Below are positions 48,475 through 51,548 of a DNA stretch of 51,548 nt, one piece after another. Below the pieces are notes generated by a model that had not been told where the DNA came from, did not search any database, and worked only from the letters and a program-made list of their open reading frames with translations. A program made the position numbers and the translations under genes. Source of the stretch: Octopus sinensis (taxonomy: Eukaryota); NCBI RefSeq assembly GCF_006345805.1, contig NW_021834172.1, forward strand, positions 1 through 51,548, read 5' to 3'. Position 1 is the stretch's first letter. Every line of letters starts with the position of its first letter.

Positions 48475-50200
48475 TTATAAAAAAAAATTTTCGTTCTCAT
48501 AGATTTCAATATCTTCCATCATTAAAAGATGCCCCCCTAAAAAGTACATTTTGTTGATGTAGTTTCCCTGATAGATCCTGAGCTCCGGATACTGAAATAA
48601 ACCACCAACATAAACCTTTTCCATCATTGAAAAGAACAATTTCCCAGTAACCCGACTATCACTCCCTGCGTGGTGGGATTCTCCTTCCCTTATAACCTAC
48701 CCAATCGACTTCCATTACGTCATACTCCAAAGTTGTAGGCGATGTCATTGAGTCCTCTTTCATTTTCGAAGGAATCTACGCAAATGAGCTTAAGATCAAA
48801 GATCTGATTGAAGTATATTTTGAGTCTTTTGAAGTAGTCGACCTCCCGCTCCGGAAGCACTTCTGGCTTGAGGATTTTATACAAATAGGCAAAATCATAG
48901 GCACTATATTGAGCCAAAATAGGTACCAGTGGAATCCTATAAAAACGTTTCTCGGGTTGAGAATAAGCCCAGAACTAATCAGCAGCGTTCCAAATTTCGT
49001 TGGATCTATTCCATATTTTTTGTGCATAAAAATTTCGAGTCCTTGGTTTTGGAGGAAGTTGATGGAGTTAAAGTTTTGGATTTCCGTCCTGAAAATGTGA
49101 AAGAGTAATACTTATAATCCCAATGCATGTTAAATTGCCACGTGTGGGTGCCGACAGGGCTGCGTCCATACTGGTCGAAAAGCGAAATTCCTATCTGGAT
49201 CACATTGGTGAGGTCCACGTTAGCTCGCATATATTTGTACCCCATGAAGCGTATCCCGTAAGTGTTTCCCGAAACTACATTTCCAGGGAACTCAGTGTCC
49301 TTCGAAATAAGATGGAATGCTTACAATTGCAATGTGGTTATAAACTTTCGAAATTCTCGTTATTCTTGCAAACTCAAAATCCACGTTTGTTTTCCACACG
49401 TCTATGATACCCGCAGGTTCGATGTATTCTTTGACTGGGTAGGGATGATCAGGGTTTTCAGGGGTGAAAGGAATCTCTACATAAGGAGGTGGGATTGGCA
49501 TTTCTCCGCTGTAGTTATATAATATATGTTTCTCCTGTGGTTTGTCTTTCCACCAAAATTTTGGAACCAAGGGAATCTCGAACTCCATCATAGGAGGCAA
49601 AGGAGGCCAAATCTCGAATATTTTTGTACGTGGTAGCTGAGAAATTTTTTGTACACGTTTTTCGATTTTAAACTGCAAATATTCCTCAGGACAGGAATCT
49701 TCGTATTCCTCGGGACGGGGTGGTACATAAACTTCACGGAAACGTTGATGGGAAGAGTCACAGATTGCTAGTTGTGGATCTATGGGTTCGGGTGGGAAGG
49801 ATATTTCTGGAAAGGGTTGTTCGTAGAAGTCTGGGTAAAATTGTTGGTACATATCAGGATATGTTTGGTAAAATGGATCGGGATACGGTTGTTGATATAT
49901 ATCGGGATAAGGTTGTTGATATATATCGGGATAAGGTTGTTGATATATATCGGGATAAGGTTGTTGATATATATTGGGATAAGGTTGGTTGTATATATTA
50001 GGAAATGGTTGGTAAAATGGATCAGAGTACGATTGTTGGTATACGTTTGGTGAAAAGGGTTGTTGAAAAGTTCCATAAGGATTGTAGCCGTAGTATAGGG
50101 AATATGACCCCCGTGATGTGTATACCGTGCTTACGGGGAACATATAATATTGGTTTTGGTAAGTTCGAGGTGTAGGTCTAAATGAGCGATTGAAAGGCAT
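48475..50200 (-). CDS. CNOT7: CAF1/POP2 (CNOT7/8) deadenylase with a long low-complexity N-terminal extension
   Basis: IIDVWKTN...YNHIAI|DTEFPG (25-nt intron 49300-49324), MRANVDLTNVIQIG, TWQFN, SSGLIL, FH/SAYDFAYL, HHAGSDS. The upstream 264 codons are in frame with no stop. Confidence 0.88.
49888..49983 (-). repeat. 24-bp coding tandem repeat x4 (YQQPYPDI-type) within a longer degenerate repeat
   Basis: gttgttgatatatatcgggataag at 49888, 49912, 49936 and 49960 (the last has one mismatch). Confidence 0.92.
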
Positions 50201-50421
50201 TATTATGTATGATATTAGTTAATAGACACTATTCATTGGGTGACCATTTTTTACTCATTTTCTGACTTTTTAATTATAAACATTAATAACAAATCAAAAT
50301 ATCTCATTTTTGAGGCTTACTATACATTTTTTATTTCATCCGAAATTCTTTACGCTATAAACGAATTTTACGCTAAAACGTCAAAAAATAATCTGTCAAG
50401 AAATTGTCTTGGTAAACTGTC

Positions 50422-50464
50422 TTTTTTTTCGATGTCACCTTTAAATTTTTTTTCGATGTCACCT
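50422..50464. promoter_or_regulatory. 19-bp direct repeat in the divergent CAF1/SmF intergenic region (possible promoter element)
   Basis: ttttttttcgatgtcacct at 50422-50440 and 50446-50464. Function not demonstrated. Confidence 0.25.
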
Positions 50465-50647
50465 CTCAACTTTAGACAAACTCTGATTTTGTCCCAAAGT
50501 GGGAGGAGTACAAGTTATATACTAGAACATACGGTTTATTAAAATTTTTTTCTAGAAAGGTTAAAATAATAGTTCAATATTATTATACATTTTATTTGTT
50601 AAATACTTTTATATTTAAAATATAATAGTAAATATTAGAACGTTTCA

Positions 50648-51006
50648 ATGTCATCGGTTGTTGTGTTATGTTTATTTATTGTTACATTTCTAATAAAATA
50701 TAGCTACAATAAAAATTTTAGAATATATTAACACCAAAAAGACTTTTGAATGACCTCGCAGGGAAGGTTGTTTCTGTGAAAACCAAGTGGGGTACTGAAT
50801 ATAAGGGATACCTCGTGTCTAGTGACTCCTACATGAATTTTTATGTAAAAATTAGTTATGTAGTCCTTAATTAGCTCGCCAATTCAGAAGAGCACGTGGA
50901 TGGAGTTCTACAGAGTTCGTTAGGGGAGATCTTTATTCGGTGCAACAATGTAATGTACGTGCATGGCGTCGAGGAGGACGACGAGGAAGGGGAGACCAAG
51001 GATTAG
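50648..51006 (+). CDS. SNRPF: Small nuclear ribonucleoprotein F
   Basis: [35 protein letters not shown]|LANSEE...[23 protein letters not shown]; 2 introns. Confidence 0.93.
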
Positions 51007-51076
51007 TCTTCATTTTATTTGATTCTTATCTTTTTCATTTGTTTTTCTTCTCATTTTCTAACATGTTTTGTTGGGC

Positions 51077-51548
51077 TTATGTTTTCTGTTTAATTACTGT
51101 TTTTTGTAATGACTTTACTTTTCAAACATACAAATTTGGTGAGTGATCGACTAGTAGTGATTTCTACGTTTTGTATAGATGAAATTGAGTGAATGGAAGG
51201 ATTTCTGCATATTTTTGGGATTCTCTTCCTGGGATTATTCTGAGTAAATTTAAATTAAAGGACATGCTCACATATCGACTCTCGGCATTCTCAAGACACT
51301 TGTCTGCCTCATTCCAATTCTGATTGAGCATGAGTCCATTCGCAGCGAGGATGTAGGCTTCCATATTTTCTAAACAGTCCTGGTCAGGCTTTACTTTTCA
51401 AACATACACATTTTGTATGGGATGTACATAATGACCAGCCTTCGTTGTGCCAAACGAGATCCCGATTATCTTGAAAACCTTATCTGCTTTGATAAGATTT
51501 CTCACTTCTACGGAACTATTCAAGTTGTTTCTGATTAGAGTGAGCAGA
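51077..51548 (-). CDS. 3' part of an unidentified TPR-like helical protein gene (5' end outside the window)
   Basis: EAYILAANGLMLNQNWNEADKCLENA is TPR-like; tiny introns join the frames. The stop position depends on the last intron. Confidence 0.45.

Noticed and set aside
49720-50076. Alternative-frame and antisense repeat ORFs over the CAF1 extension
   Set aside because: Shadows of the 24-bp repeat; only the YQQPYPDI frame connects to CAF1.

Overview
Eukaryotic (metazoan) genomic DNA from a very compact genome. Almost every spliceosomal intron I could reconstruct is about 19-34 nt, and intergenic gaps in the gene-dense blocks are about 35-200 bp. Tiny introns, the standard genetic code, ciliary genes (enkurin, tektin-4) and metazoan-type FRMD3/5 and multi-CTLD genes suggest a dicyemid-like ciliated parasite; this is inference only. 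Block 1 (1-12.2 kb): FRMD3/5-like, mitochondrial ClpX, a short Pol theta, RPUSD4-like, enkurin, an orphan type I membrane protein and a truncated SNIP1 copy. Middle (12.3-33.6 kb): a TGT...ACA MITE, a full-length LINE with TSD, an interstitial telomere-like tract, and a 4-CTLD mucin-stalk receptor gene split by an 8.7-kb Helitron that carries an internal satellite. This is followed by a heavily deleted duplicate of block 1 containing two truncated LINEs. Block 2 (33.7-37.2 kb): intact SNIP1, acid lipase, tektin-4. A nested TE graveyard follows (37.7-43.9 kb: hAT, LINE with inverted ORF1, Ginger-type integrase, R4-type element). Block 3 (44.3-51.5 kb): CDS, TMEM33, ABHD11, a CAF1 deadenylase with a ~264-aa Tyr/Gln/Pro-repeat N-terminal extension, SmF and a partial TPR-like gene. 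Single-base homopolymer deletions occur even in conserved genes, so individual frameshifts may be assembly errors. All gene models and family calls were made by eye from remembered motifs, with no database search. I saw no rRNA, tRNA or CRISPR array.
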